From assembly GCA_038896555.1 (NCBI GenBank), contig JAWACZ010000002.1, positions 13,873 to 77,872 of the forward strand: a stretch of 64,000 nt of DNA, read 5' to 3'. Origin of the DNA: Candidatus Caldarchaeum sp. (lineage in GTDB: Archaea > Thermoproteota > Nitrososphaeria_A > Caldarchaeales > Caldarchaeaceae). The first letter of the stretch is position 1. Each line of letters starts with the position of its first letter. The translations under genes were made by a program, and so were the position numbers. The notes below the pieces were generated by a model. The model made no database searches. It had not been told where the DNA came from and was given only the letters and a program-made list of their open reading frames with translations. Positions 38,436 to 48,805 of this stretch are shown here, piece by piece.

Positions 38436-40010
38436 TTATGCCAGGCAGGCTTTAATCATCTCGTAAGCTTTTTCCTTCCCAAGGTCTTCAACCACAAAAG
38501 TGGAGAACCGCGGGCCGCTGTCCTGACCGAGCAAAATCCTGTAAAGAGTTTGGAAGATCAGCTGGGGCCTGATTTCGTGCTTTCGCGCTATCTCGAAAAC
38601 TGAGGCTTGCAGCCCTTCAGCGTCAGCTACCTGTTTGATGGCTTCAGCAACCTCTGAAACAGCGGTTTTAACCGGCTCCTCCAAAACTATGCGTTGAATT
38701 GAAGGTTCTCCGAATGATCTGTAGTAGTTTATTGCCATTTGGGCACGTTCTGCCGCCTGTTCGTCAACCTTGTATCCGTAGCGTTTGAGCTTCGATAGGA
38801 TGAAGTCGGTTTCACGCCCTTGAGGAGCTAGGGAGGCCAGAAAAACCAAGAGATTGTATGGTATGGTGTTCGGAGGGGTTTTCGGCGGATTAAGAAGATA
38901 GGCGTAAGAATAGAGTCCCGTTTTACGCGGGTCGCCTTTACCTAAATAGTGCTGCTGAGCGAGACGGTCCAGCTCGTTCATAAGTGCTGGTATCAGGCTT
39001 GGTGACACAACCCGTGTTCCTTTAATTCTCTTGAGCAGCAACAGCACGAGGCTTTGAGGGCTTGCATACCTGTACCAGGCGCTGGGCGTGAATACAGAAA
39101 CACCTCTCGACTTCGAGATTTTCCTACGAGACTCGTCTAAAAACAACTCATACTGGACGTGCATGGGAGGCTCGAACCCGAGGATGTTTTTACATACCCA
39201 GTCGTTGACCTTGACGGAGTCCGCTAAATCCTTGCCGTATGCCTCAAACCTTATGTCTAACGCAGCCCATCTAGCAGCCCATTCCACCTTCCACGAAAGC
39301 TTCCCATCAGCCTTCGAGACATCAGCCTCGCCCTCGTAGCCGCATCCCTCAAACCACCTCTTCTTAATCCCAACCCCTTCGCAGACATAATGCACGTGGC
39401 CGGTTTTTTCGTCGAAGGTCTTTGCATGCGTCGTGTAGATCCTCCCGCACGAACGGCATAATGGAAAATACGGTAGCATTGTCTTGAACTTCTGCTGTCC
39501 TGTGAGCTTCTCTATGATTTCGCCGATGCTCTTCCAGTTAGAGAGTATAGTGGTTATTTGTTTCTTGAGCGACCCGTCGCCGTACATCCTGTACCCACGT
39601 AAAAGCTTAGCCTCTATCCCAGCTTTTGAAAGAGCTTCTAGGAGCATGTTTTCCATGTGGACGGCGTATGATTCGTGGCAGCCGAAAGGGTCGGGTATCA
39701 GCGAAACGGGCTGGAGCAAGTATCTCTCATATTCTTTGGGTATCTCGGCGGGCACGCTTCGCAGCCCATCCATGTCGTCGGCAAACTGGACCATTTCAGA
39801 GTTGTAGCCGAGGTTTTTGAGCGCGAGGGAAACCACGTAAGCCCTGACAGAGTCTGACATGCTGCCTATGTGTACGAAACCCGACGCGGCTATCCCCGCC
39901 TCAGTCCGCAGCATCTCTAGACTCCTTCCTAACGACTTTTCTCTCTCAACAATCCGCCAGGCCAGCTTGTCTATCCACGTGCCAAGCCCTATCAGCTGTT
40001 TCTCGTCCAT
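38436..40010 (-). CDS. lysS: Lysine--tRNA ligase, class I
   Basis: About 525 aa. 'HIGS' HIGH-like motif and 'KISKSRG' KMSKS-like motif. I chose the ATG at 40010 to avoid overlapping the upstream gene. Confidence 0.75.
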   Translation of the reverse strand: MDEKQLIGLGTWIDKLAWRIVEREKSLGRSLEMLRTEAGIAASGFVHIGSMSDSVRAYVVSLALKNLGYNSEMVQFADDMDGLRSVPAEIPKEYERYLLQPVSLIPDPFGCHESYAVHMENMLLEALSKAGIEAKLLRGYRMYGDGSLKKQITTILSNWKSIGEIIEKLTGQQKFKTMLPYFPLCRSCGRIYTTHAKTFDEKTGHVHYVCEGVGIKKRWFEGCGYEGEADVSKADGKLSWKVEWAARWAALDIRFEAYGKDLADSVKVNDWVCKNILGFEPPMHVQYELFLDESRRKISKSRGVSVFTPSAWYRYASPQSLVLLLLKRIKGTRVVSPSLIPALMNELDRLAQQHYLGKGDPRKTGLYSYAYLLNPPKTPPNTIPYNLLVFLASLAPQGRETDFILSKLKRYGYKVDEQAAERAQMAINYYRSFGEPSIQRIVLEEPVKTAVSEVAEAIKQVADAEGLQASVFEIARKHEIRPQLIFQTLYRILLGQDSGPRFSTFVVEDLGKEKAYEMIKACLA

Positions 40011-40038
40011 TACCCGAAAGAATTCTTCATGGTATTTG

Positions 40039-40884
40039 TTATACCTTAACAGCCCACACACAGCGAGCCCATGGAACATAGCGGGTTTTGAACCCGGCCA
40101 TCCTAAGCCTCTCCATAACCCCCACGTAAATTTTCACACCTTTTTTAACGCCCGGCTGCCCCACGTAATGGACCAAGACCCCTCCATTCCTTAAAACCCT
40201 GTGAAGCTCACGGTAGAAATCCAGCGAGTATAGGTCGCCGGCTATCCTGATGGTTGGCGGGTCGTGGACCACGGCATCGAACACCATCCTACAACGGGGT
40301 AGGAAATCTAACGCATCCCGCAAGACAATCTTGACACGTCTGTCGAACAGCTCCCTAGACCAAGGGTTGTATGAGGCCATTTCCAGCACGTTAGGGTCTT
40401 TTTCAACGGTCACTACACGGCAGGCGCCCTTCCTGAGGGCAGCTATGGATGTGTAACCGAGTCCCGTGCAAACGTCTAAAACTGTGGAGTTTCTGAGGCT
40501 TGGAAGGAGACTAACCTTCTGCAACGCATCCTGCTCAGGAGGGGTGTCGATCGTTCGATGCATCCTGATGCCGTTGATCTCAAGGGTTGGTGCATGCCCC
40601 CACTCGGGGAGGACCATTCTATAAAAGGAGCCGTCGAACCAGCTAAGCCTTTGGGGCTTTCGTCTGAGTATGAAGACGTCCTCTGAACTTTCCGCCATCT
40701 CCTCCAACTGCCGCCAGCCGACCTTAATTCTGTCGACACATATCCCATTTTCGCTCAGTAGACAAGGTCTACGCGTCAAACCTATGTCCAGCGAAACCTC
40801 TGCCTCACCCTTCTTCCCCTTCAGCCCCAGTATTCGCTGTGCCTCCACACCAGCCAAAATAGGTATCTTGCGAGGCTTCCACAA
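40039..40884 (-). CDS. Class I SAM-dependent methyltransferase (archaeal, substrate unknown)
   Basis: 'VLDVCTGLGYTSIAAL' motif I and 'AVVHDPP' motif IV-like. Confidence 0.65.
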   Translation of the reverse strand: MWKPRKIPILAGVEAQRILGLKGKKGEAEVSLDIGLTRRPCLLSENGICVDRIKVGWRQLEEMAESSEDVFILRRKPQRLSWFDGSFYRMVLPEWGHAPTLEINGIRMHRTIDTPPEQDALQKVSLLPSLRNSTVLDVCTGLGYTSIAALRKGACRVVTVEKDPNVLEMASYNPWSRELFDRRVKIVLRDALDFLPRCRMVFDAVVHDPPTIRIAGDLYSLDFYRELHRVLRNGGVLVHYVGQPGVKKGVKIYVGVMERLRMAGFKTRYVPWARCVWAVKV

Positions 40885-40940
40885 CCATAATCAAAAATAA
40901 AGCATCAATATTTAACCAAGCATGCTCGGGAACAGACGGG

Positions 40941-41744
40941 TTGAAAGCAGTCATAATGATGTCCTCTGAAGACATCGCTGCAGCCAACATTCTAAAAACG
41001 TTGAAGGAGAACTTTGGGTTCGTTGAAGATGCTTCTCCAAACGTTTACCGTGGAAAAGAAGTGGAAGCGGTGGTTGTGAACGAATCCATGCTCCACGCAG
41101 ATAAAGCAGTTGCCTCAGTCAACGCAGACCTGATAGTCGTAGCCTCAAAACATGTCTCAGAAGCTGGGCGAAGATGCATTTTAGTCCATTCCACGGGAAA
41201 CTGGGGTGAAAAAGCCGACTACGGAGGCAGGCCGTGGACGCTTTCCATGACCTCGGCGGAAGCTGTTTACAGAGCGGTTCACGCATGCCTTCAGGCCGTC
41301 GAAAACGCAGGGCTCACAAACGTTGAGGTCGGACTAGAGGCAACACATCACGGACCATACTCGGAAAAACCGTTGATATTCGTTGAAGTGGGTTCATCGC
41401 CGGAGAGCTGGAGAGACTTGGAAATGGCTGAGGCCGCCGCCGAAGCATGCGTCAAGATATGCGGCCAGAAAAGCGGAAAACCCACGGTCAACGCTGTCGG
41501 GTTTGGCGGAGGCCATTACGCAAGAGATATCTTCAAGACAGTTTTGAAAGGTGACGCGGCTGTAGGCCACATAGCCTCGAAACATCATTTCCCGCTGCCG
41601 GAGAAATTGATAAGCCAAGCTTTTGACAAAACTTTGGAAACCCCTCGAACAGCCCTCGTCGACTGGGATGGCTTGAGGGCGGAACACCGTTACAACCTGC
41701 TTAAAGAGCTCGAAAGGCTCGGCGTCGAAGTCATCAAAGTTTAG
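40941..41744 (+). CDS. dtdA: D-aminoacyl-tRNA deacylase, archaeal DTD2 type
   Basis: 'MSSEDIAAANI' N-terminus, 'EATHHGP' and 'GGGHYA' motifs. About 265 aa. Confidence 0.6.
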   Translation: MKAVIMMSSEDIAAANILKTLKENFGFVEDASPNVYRGKEVEAVVVNESMLHADKAVASVNADLIVVASKHVSEAGRRCILVHSTGNWGEKADYGGRPWTLSMTSAEAVYRAVHACLQAVENAGLTNVEVGLEATHHGPYSEKPLIFVEVGSSPESWRDLEMAEAAAEACVKICGQKSGKPTVNAVGFGGGHYARDIFKTVLKGDAAVGHIASKHHFPLPEKLISQAFDKTLETPRTALVDWDGLRAEHRYNLLKELERLGVEVIKV

Positions 41745-41793
41745 TTATGTTAGCAAGCGTTTATATACCGATGAGATAGATGGTTAATCGGTA

Positions 41794-42165
41794 ATGCTGC
41801 TGCCCGCTGAAATAGAGTCGAAGGTTACGATACCGATGATCAGGGCTCTTACTGCGAAGAAGCTTGTTTACGAGAAAAACTTCACGCAGGAACAGGTGGC
41901 TAAGGTTCTGGGGGTTACTCAGGCAGCTGTGAGCAACTACTTGAGAGGTGTTCGGGGATGGTCGGTTGAATGGGAGAGGAACGAAGAGCTGAACAAGTGG
42001 GTAGACTCCGTCGTGGAAGCCGTGTTGAAAAACCAGACGAAGGAAGAGGTTGCTAGAAGGATTAACGAGGCTGTTAAAAACATACGTAGCATGCGTATGC
42101 TATGCGAGATACACAAGAAGCTTGAGCCGGATATAGACATAGATTCCTGCAACGTCTGCGTCTAA
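41794..42165 (+). CDS. HTH transcriptional regulator with C-terminal C-H-C-C motif
   Basis: 'FTQEQVAKVLGVTQAAVSNYLRG' HTH and 'LCEIHKKLEPDIDIDSCNVC'. Paralogous to the N-terminal part of the convergent gene. Confidence 0.6.
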   Translation: MLLPAEIESKVTIPMIRALTAKKLVYEKNFTQEQVAKVLGVTQAAVSNYLRGVRGWSVEWERNEELNKWVDSVVEAVLKNQTKEEVARRINEAVKNIRSMRMLCEIHKKLEPDIDIDSCNVCV

Positions 42166-43136
42166 GACTTAAGCATTCTGTTTGACATTTTCAAGACCTT
42201 CTCGACGAGCTCCTCTGGGTTTTTTCCGAAGAGGTATGTCACTGGCTCGTATCCTATCCCTCCTCCATGAAGTACAGCTTCGACAACCTTTTCTCTGAAA
42301 CAACTTTCAACATCCTGCAAAACCTCCTCTTCTGTCAAAAGCTTGGAACGCGGCTCAACCTCAGCCCACTCCACATCCATTCCCTCAAGAATTCTCCTCA
42401 CCTCTTGGTTGTATTTTATGTTGATGGCAGACCGTACAGAGGGGTTGTACAACCTAACTCTTAGGAGTACGGTGGCGAGGTGGCGTGAGCCGCCGAAAGA
42501 TGGTCTGCCAACAGACCTCACACGACCGTCGACCACCACTATGCGGCCAGCCACGCCAGCCACGTCGTTTATTGTCTCAGCCTTCCGAAGGCAGAATACT
42601 ATGTTGGAGCCTACCTCAGGTATCAGCTTTTCAAACATTACAGATGCCTCAAGCCTTTTAACACATCTGTCAAGAGCTCGGAGAACAACCATCCTTTCCT
42701 CATCCAAAAACCTATCGAGCGACGGGGACATGCAGATGTCGCAGTCGGATAGCTGGGGATGCATGCTTCGATGGAAAGCGCATAACCTTCCCTCGGAAAG
42801 CAGGCCACGCCAGAACGAGTAAAGTATGCCGGTGGACTGAGCCGGGTTCTCAGCCAAAGCTTCACAGAGAATTCCAGCCAGCAACAATGCTTCGTTTCTC
42901 TCCATACCCATCTTCTCCAAAGCATTCAAGTAGCTTCTTTCATCCCGCCGCAGTATTTGGCTTACCGCTGCCTGAGTTACGCCCACCATCTTGGCTATGG
43001 TCGGCTGGCCTACGCCGTTTCTCCTCAGCATGTGGACAACAACACCTCTTACCGCAGGCAGGAAATACCTAGCCATCATCTCGCAGGGCGGGAACACGCC
43101 TGTAAGACGCGCTGGATGTTTATAAAGCAGAGGCAT
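42162..43136 (-). CDS. HTH domain fused to a ThiN-type thiamine-phosphate synthase domain
   Basis: 'QPTIAKMVGVTQAAVSQILRR' HTH and 'LCAFHRSMHPQLSDCDIC'. The C-terminal 'IPEVGSNIVFC...DVAGVAGRIVVVDGRV...FGGSRHLATVLL' is ThiN-like. Confidence 0.6.
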   Translation of the reverse strand: MPLLYKHPARLTGVFPPCEMMARYFLPAVRGVVVHMLRRNGVGQPTIAKMVGVTQAAVSQILRRDERSYLNALEKMGMERNEALLLAGILCEALAENPAQSTGILYSFWRGLLSEGRLCAFHRSMHPQLSDCDICMSPSLDRFLDEERMVVLRALDRCVKRLEASVMFEKLIPEVGSNIVFCLRKAETINDVAGVAGRIVVVDGRVRSVGRPSFGGSRHLATVLLRVRLYNPSVRSAINIKYNQEVRRILEGMDVEWAEVEPRSKLLTEEEVLQDVESCFREKVVEAVLHGGGIGYEPVTYLFGKNPEELVEKVLKMSNRMLKS

Positions 43137-43150
43137 GTTAAAACCTTTAG

Positions 43151-44185
43151 ATGGATAAGCATGACATGGAGCTACCCCAGTACGTGGCTATAGGCAGGGG
43201 GCTTGAGCAGACGATTGTCCGAAGGCTGAGGAAACACGGTTACCGAAAGTGTGTGATGATAACCAGCAAAACACCGTTTAAGCTGTATGGGTTTAGGCTT
43301 GTGGAAGCTGCTGGAGACGACTTGCTCTTTGAAGTCAGTTATGTCGACGAGCTGTTGGTGAATTTTGAACCATGTGCTGGGAAGGCTAGGTCGGCTGACG
43401 TCGTCATGGGCTTGGGTGGAGGAAAGGTTGCTGATGTTTCGAAAGTCGTTGCAGAGGTCGCTGGGAAACCTTTCTTCAGCGTGCCGACCGTCGCATCACA
43501 CGACGGTATAGCCAGCCCCATGACCTCCTACCGGCAGAACGGCCAAGCGTACTCGAGAAAATCTGTCATGCCGTCTGAGGTTTTCGCAGACATGGATGTG
43601 ATAAGCCTAGCTCCCCGTAGATACTTGTTAAGCGGATGCGGAGACCTGCTGGCTAAACACAGCGCCGTAAGGGACTGGTGGTTGGCGCACAAGGTAACAG
43701 GCGAGTATTACGGCCGTTATGCAGCTCATCTCGCCTACTTGAGTGCGTCGGTTGTAATGAAGTCGGCTAAGCTGATAGCGGACGGCTCTTTGGAAGGTGT
43801 CCGAACCGTGGTGGAGGCGTTGATAAGCGCCGGGGTTGCGATGGGCGTTGCAGGAAGCAGCAGGCCATGCAGCGGAAGCGAGCACCTCATCGCACACGCT
43901 TTAGAAAATTTGATGGAGAAGCCGCCGCTGCACGGCGAGAGATGTGGAGTGGCTGCCGTCTTCACCTCATACCTCCATAAAGGTAACTGGAAAAAACTAA
44001 GGGACAGCCTAGCCATGATGGGCGCGCCTACCTGCCTCGAAAAATTGGGCGTAGACACCGACCTTTTCATAGAAGCTGTCGAAAAAGCACCGCAGATAAG
44101 GCCTGACAGATACACAATTCTCCACAGGAGAAAGCTCAGCAAACCAGAGATAGTCAACATCCTGTCCGAAACGCAGCTTATCTAA
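43151..44185 (+). CDS. egsA: sn-glycerol-1-phosphate dehydrogenase
   Basis: 'GLGGGKVADVSK', 'VASHDGIASP' and 'GSEHLIAHAL' motifs of the G1PDH / Fe-ADH-like fold. Confidence 0.8.
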   Translation: MDKHDMELPQYVAIGRGLEQTIVRRLRKHGYRKCVMITSKTPFKLYGFRLVEAAGDDLLFEVSYVDELLVNFEPCAGKARSADVVMGLGGGKVADVSKVVAEVAGKPFFSVPTVASHDGIASPMTSYRQNGQAYSRKSVMPSEVFADMDVISLAPRRYLLSGCGDLLAKHSAVRDWWLAHKVTGEYYGRYAAHLAYLSASVVMKSAKLIADGSLEGVRTVVEALISAGVAMGVAGSSRPCSGSEHLIAHALENLMEKPPLHGERCGVAAVFTSYLHKGNWKKLRDSLAMMGAPTCLEKLGVDTDLFIEAVEKAPQIRPDRYTILHRRKLSKPEIVNILSETQLI

Positions 44186-44217
44186 CATATATTATCTGCC
44201 TGTGCCGAAATTGCTGC

Positions 44218-45621
44218 ATGGAGTACCGGTATGAATATGACACTCTTGGGCAGATGAGGATACCTGCGGACGCGTTGTACGGCGCCCAAACCGCCAGAGC
44301 CGTCGAAAACTTCCCGATATCGGGTTTGAGGTTTCAACGTCCTTTCGTAAGAGCTCTGGGCTTAATCAAGTATGCTGCCGCAGAAGCCAACATGCAGCTC
44401 GGACTCCTCGACAGAAAAATAGGCGAGGCAATAGCGAAGGCGGCGTTAGAGGTTGCAGACGGTCTTCACGACAAAGAGTTTGCCGTAGACGTTTTCCAAA
44501 CCGGATCAGGTACGTCGACCAACATGAACGCAAATGAGGTCATAGCCAACAGAGCTTTAGAGATACTGGGTGAGAAAAGGGGAGACAAGAAGACAATTCA
44601 TCCAAACGACCATGTGAACATGGGCCAGTCGACCAACGACGTCATACCAACAGCCATAAACGTTTCAACCGCTATACTGATAAAGGAGAAACTGGTCCCC
44701 GCCTTGGAAAAACTTGAGAGAGAGCTGGCGAAGAAGGCTGAAGAATACAGTGACGTTGTCAAGCCTGGGAGGACTCATTTCCAGGACGCCGTCCCGTTGA
44801 CCTTCGGCCAAGAGTTTTCAGGATACGCAACCATGGTGAGAAAAGGCAAGGCGAGGGTTTTGAAAGCCTTCGAAAGTGTTCTCGAGCTTCCCATAGGGGG
44901 AACAGCTGTAGGAACCGGGCTTAACACGCATCCAGAGTTTGGAAAGCTTGTAGTGGAGAAGCTGAGACAAATGACTGGCATAGATTTCCGACTGGCTGAG
45001 AACAGGTTTGAGGCTATGGGAAGCAGGGATTGCTGCCTTGAAGTCTCCGCAGCCCTACGGAGCCTGGCAGTATCGCTACTCAAGATATGCGGCGACCTGC
45101 GAATCCTGTCTTCTGGCCCGAACACAGGGATCAACGAGATAGAGCTGCCCGCAGTGCAGCCAGGATCGTCAATAATGCCCGGCAAAGTCAACCCGGTTAT
45201 CGTGGAGTCAGCTATGCTTGCCGCCGCACAGGTCATAGGATATGATAAGGCGGTTGAGGAGGCCTGCAAGCTAGGTGAGCTGGAGCTCAACATGGGGCTG
45301 CCGCTCATCGCCTACGACCTAGTTGAATCAATCGAGACGCTTTCAAACACCTGCGATAACCTTGCGGCGAAGTGTGTAGCAGGCATAAAGGTTAACGTCG
45401 AACGGGCTAGAAAGCTTGCGGAATCTAGTCCAGCGATGGTCACAGTTGTTGCACCACTCATAGGCTATGATGCGGCGGCCAAGGTGGCTAAGAAGATGCT
45501 GGCAGAGAACAAGTCTATAAAAGATGTTCTGGTTGAGGAAGACATCCTTAAGCCTGCTGAAGTGGAAAAAACTCTAGACCTTCTGAAGCTGACGAAAGGA
45601 GGCATTATAGGAAAAACTTAG
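44218..45621 (+). CDS. Class II fumarate hydratase / aspartate ammonia-lyase family enzyme
   Basis: '[11 protein letters not shown]' signature, '[12 protein letters not shown]', '[17 protein letters not shown]'. I cannot separate FumC from AspA by eye. Confidence 0.8.
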   Translation: MEYRYEYDTLGQMRIPADALYGAQTARAVENFPISGLRFQRPFVRALGLIKYAAAEANMQLGLLDRKIGEAIAKAALEVADGLHDKEFAVDVFQTGSGTSTNMNANEVIANRALEILGEKRGDKKTIHPNDHVNMGQSTNDVIPTAINVSTAILIKEKLVPALEKLERELAKKAEEYSDVVKPGRTHFQDAVPLTFGQEFSGYATMVRKGKARVLKAFESVLELPIGGTAVGTGLNTHPEFGKLVVEKLRQMTGIDFRLAENRFEAMGSRDCCLEVSAALRSLAVSLLKICGDLRILSSGPNTGINEIELPAVQPGSSIMPGKVNPVIVESAMLAAAQVIGYDKAVEEACKLGELELNMGLPLIAYDLVESIETLSNTCDNLAAKCVAGIKVNVERARKLAESSPAMVTVVAPLIGYDAAAKVAKKMLAENKSIKDVLVEEDILKPAEVEKTLDLLKLTKGGIIGKT

Positions 45622-46816
45622 GCCTGCCGAAGACTACCCCTGGCTTACTAAGATGCCGCAGCTGGCTCAAAACATAATCCCTGATCTCGTTCGGTGGAAG
45701 CAGGTCTCCAACTATTTCACCGTTCTCTATCAAAGGCTTCAACAAAGGTCTGACATCGGAGAAACAAACAGGACATGATTCTAATCTTTTATCCCACGGG
45801 GTAACAACGTCATGATAGCTGCTGCATCTGTAAACCTGCTTTCTGCCGGGCAGTTTCCCCCTCTTGGAAACGGGTTTCCCATCCCTTTCAACGATATCGA
45901 GAGAGAGGTCTATGGAGGCTGGGAATGCAATCGATGTCCCAACACCGAAGCCGTCGACTACATCCCTCAGCTCCCTAACCGTCTCCTCATCCACTCCACC
46001 GCTCAGAAAAATCTTGACATTCTTGAACCCGTTGATGCCAAGAGACCACCGCGTCTCTTCTATGATTTTACGGATGTTCCCCCGTCTGGAGCTCGGCGTA
46101 TCCAGCCGGACCCCGTACAGGTCTTTTCCAAGCGTTTCAGCGGCCATGAGCGACTCAAACCTCTCGTCGGAGAAAGTGTCGACCAAAGCTATGCGCGGGA
46201 CCTCAGGGGGCATTATCTCGTGAAAGAGTTTCCAAGCCCTCTTCTGGTCTCCCGTAGCTATTATCAAGGCATGGGGCATAGTGCCCATAGGCCTGACGTC
46301 CAGCATCTCGGCTCCAACAACCCCTGAAACAGCGTCACAACCCCCTATGTATGCAGCCCTGTCAACCATGGGGGTTACAGCTGGATGCACACATCTTATT
46401 CCAAAAAACAAAACAGATTTTTCGCTTGCAGCCATCTTAACTCGTGCGGCTTTCGTAGCCACGCTGCTGGCATGCCTCAGTATACCCAGAAGAGAAGGCT
46501 CGTAGACAGCGAAGTCCGCGTAACGGCCTTCAATGCTGATAACCGGCTCCATCTCAGTGAAAATAGTTCCTTCATCCACCGAGTAAACGTTGATGGGTAA
46601 GCCTTCAAGAAGCCAAGCCACCTCCTCAACACCCGCTAGAACAGCCCATTCATAACCCGGCGGCAGAGAATAGGCGTGTGTTTCAGCGACAACCGAAACA
46701 TCCGACGTGGCGTTTCTCTCCATAATCGCTTTAGCCCTTTGAAAGTAAATATCGGTTACGTCGCCTCTCTTAATCCTATCGGGGGCAGCCACGTAAAGGG
46801 AAGGCTTTCTAGTCAT
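45605..46816 (-). CDS. pncB: Nicotinate phosphoribosyltransferase, archaeal type
   Basis: Type II PRTase layout with '[14 protein letters not shown]' N-terminus, 'GTMPHALI', and a C-terminal 'C...CPVC'. 4-nt overlap with the upstream nicotinamidase-like gene. Confidence 0.6.
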   Translation of the reverse strand: MTRKPSLYVAAPDRIKRGDVTDIYFQRAKAIMERNATSDVSVVAETHAYSLPPGYEWAVLAGVEEVAWLLEGLPINVYSVDEGTIFTEMEPVISIEGRYADFAVYEPSLLGILRHASSVATKAARVKMAASEKSVLFFGIRCVHPAVTPMVDRAAYIGGCDAVSGVVGAEMLDVRPMGTMPHALIIATGDQKRAWKLFHEIMPPEVPRIALVDTFSDERFESLMAAETLGKDLYGVRLDTPSSRRGNIRKIIEETRWSLGINGFKNVKIFLSGGVDEETVRELRDVVDGFGVGTSIAFPASIDLSLDIVERDGKPVSKRGKLPGRKQVYRCSSYHDVVTPWDKRLESCPVCFSDVRPLLKPLIENGEIVGDLLPPNEIRDYVLSQLRHLSKPGVVFGRPKFFL

Positions 46817-47403
46817 TGTTCTATCTCAACCAAGTCTGAGCGTGTTAAAATACCTCTGTAAAGGAATGTGACCTGTCTGAGGGCGGCCTTCATGTCAAAC
46901 TCGTTCAAGGCGGAGACGGCGTCCACTGGAATGTAGACGTTCAGCCACCGAAGGGCTGCGCTACCGGCGGTGTGAAGGACGCAGATGTTTGCAACCGTTC
47001 CTGTGACTATGAGGTTTTTGACGTTGTAAAGCCGTAGGTAGTGTTCTAGGGGTGTTCCGTAAAACCCGTCGTACCTTAGCTTTCTAACAACAATCTCCCC
47101 GGCAACGGGTTTAAGCTCTTCAACGATCTCAGCCCCCCAGCTGTCCGCCAAAGCATGTTCACCCCATATAGCGAACTCGGGATCATCCTTATTATGCCAG
47201 TCCTGGGTGTAGAAAACCTTCATGCCGCCTTTCCTAGCCTTGTCCAAAAGCCTTTTTACAGCAGGTATTGTTGAAGGTGCGGCAGGCACGTACAAGCGGC
47301 CGCTTGGGTGGCAGAAATCGTTTTGCATGTCCACTATTATCAGCCCAGAGTCTTTTGGACTTAGCTTTACCTTCTGGGGCGGTGGAATGTCCGCGTCCGC
47401 CAT
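46813..47403 (-). CDS. pncA: Isochorismatase-family hydrolase, probable nicotinamidase
   Basis: '[20 protein letters not shown]', '[13 protein letters not shown]' (catalytic Cys). Confidence 0.7.
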   Translation of the reverse strand: MADADIPPPQKVKLSPKDSGLIIVDMQNDFCHPSGRLYVPAAPSTIPAVKRLLDKARKGGMKVFYTQDWHNKDDPEFAIWGEHALADSWGAEIVEELKPVAGEIVVRKLRYDGFYGTPLEHYLRLYNVKNLIVTGTVANICVLHTAGSAALRWLNVYIPVDAVSALNEFDMKAALRQVTFLYRGILTRSDLVEIEQ

Positions 47404-47452
47404 GGATGTTTAAATGCAACTCTAAAATAATAACGTTGCAGTTTACCTTAGC

Positions 47453-48805
47453 ATGACCGCCACCAGCCAGATTCTCTCCAAGATTAACGAGCTTATCGAA
47501 AAGGAGAAGGATACAACTCTTTCAGACCTTTCCAAAATCGTCTCTCAGCCAAGCGTTTCCGCAAGAAACGAAGGAGTAGCCGAATGCGTCGAACTAGTCC
47601 AACAACTTCTTAAACGTGACGGGTTTGAGACTCGTCTGCTGGAGACTAGAACAGGAAGGCCTGCGGTTTATGCCGAGAAAAGTGGCGGTGGAAAACCCAT
47701 CTTGCTTTACAACCATTATGACGTACAGCCTCCGGAGCCTCTGGAGCAGTGGCATACCAAACCCTTCCAGCTAGTTGAGAAAGACGGATTTCTATACGGA
47801 AGGGGTGTAGCCGACAACAAGGCCGAAATAATTGCAAGGCTAGCGGCGGTCCGCATCGTTGAGAAACTGCTGGGTAAACTGCCTGTCACAGTTAAGTGGT
47901 TTATAGAAGGAGAAGAGGAGGTTGGAAGCCCCAGCATTCCGGAGCTCTTAGCCAAGCACGCAACATTGTTCAAAGGCTCTACTGGATGTTTGTGGGAAGG
48001 GGGTGACGTGGTAAACGACACACCAAGCTTCTATCTAGGAGTGAAAGGAATGCTATACGTAGAGCTGAGCGTGAAGACAGCACAGGCAGACACTCATTCG
48101 ATGTACGCTCCAATCATTGAAAATGCGGCCGAGAAGCTGGCAAGAATAGTGTTGAAGCTGAAAGATGAAAAAGGCCGCATAACTGTCCCACGCTTTTACA
48201 AAAACGTTTTAAAACCAACAAAATCTGAAAGGAAGTTGATGTCTTACGTGAAGCTGGAACCCGAAGCGCTCGCGAAAGCTCTGGGTGTCGAAAAACTAAC
48301 GGTGAGGAAGATGGATTTGGTGGAGAGCCTCGTCTATCAACCCACGTGCAACATCGCAGGCATCGTATCGGGTTACACAGGACCCGGCCCCAAAACAATA
48401 GTGCCCTCAACAGCTGCGGTGAAGATAGATTTTAGACTTGTCCCAAACCAGGACCCTGAGAAGATTTTGAGAGGTCTGAAAAGAATGCTGCGTGACGTTG
48501 ATGTTGTAGTTCATTCGATGGCTTACCCCTCTCGTATCAGTTTCGACGAGCCCATCGTAAAAATCGCCGTCAAAGCGGCTGAGGAGGTTTACGGAAGAAG
48601 GCCAAACATTCTTCCGAACATGTTCGGAACCGGCCCCCTGTACCACTTCACTAAAATGGGTGTGCCGACAGCTATGCTGACATCCCTTTCACATCCTGGG
48701 TCGAGTCTTCACGCTCCCAACGAAAACATATATGCAAGTCATTTCTGGAAGTCGGTTGCGCATCACGCGCTGGTTTTCATAAGAGCTGGCGAGCCAGCTT
48801 CATAG
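47453..48805 (+). CDS. M20 family metallopeptidase (ArgE/DapE/CPG2-like)
   Basis: 'LLYNHYDVQP', 'RGVADNKA', 'EGEEEVGS' metal-ligand motifs. Confidence 0.8.
   Translation: MTATSQILSKINELIEKEKDTTLSDLSKIVSQPSVSARNEGVAECVELVQQLLKRDGFETRLLETRTGRPAVYAEKSGGGKPILLYNHYDVQPPEPLEQWHTKPFQLVEKDGFLYGRGVADNKAEIIARLAAVRIVEKLLGKLPVTVKWFIEGEEEVGSPSIPELLAKHATLFKGSTGCLWEGGDVVNDTPSFYLGVKGMLYVELSVKTAQADTHSMYAPIIENAAEKLARIVLKLKDEKGRITVPRFYKNVLKPTKSERKLMSYVKLEPEALAKALGVEKLTVRKMDLVESLVYQPTCNIAGIVSGYTGPGPKTIVPSTAAVKIDFRLVPNQDPEKILRGLKRMLRDVDVVVHSMAYPSRISFDEPIVKIAVKAAEEVYGRRPNILPNMFGTGPLYHFTKMGVPTAMLTSLSHPGSSLHAPNENIYASHFWKSVAHHALVFIRAGEPAS

Noticed and set aside
45605-47403. The nicotinamidase-like plus nicotinate-PRTase pair as something unusual.
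   Set aside because: This is standard pncA-pncB NAD salvage coupling with a 4-nt overlap. Nothing is anomalous.
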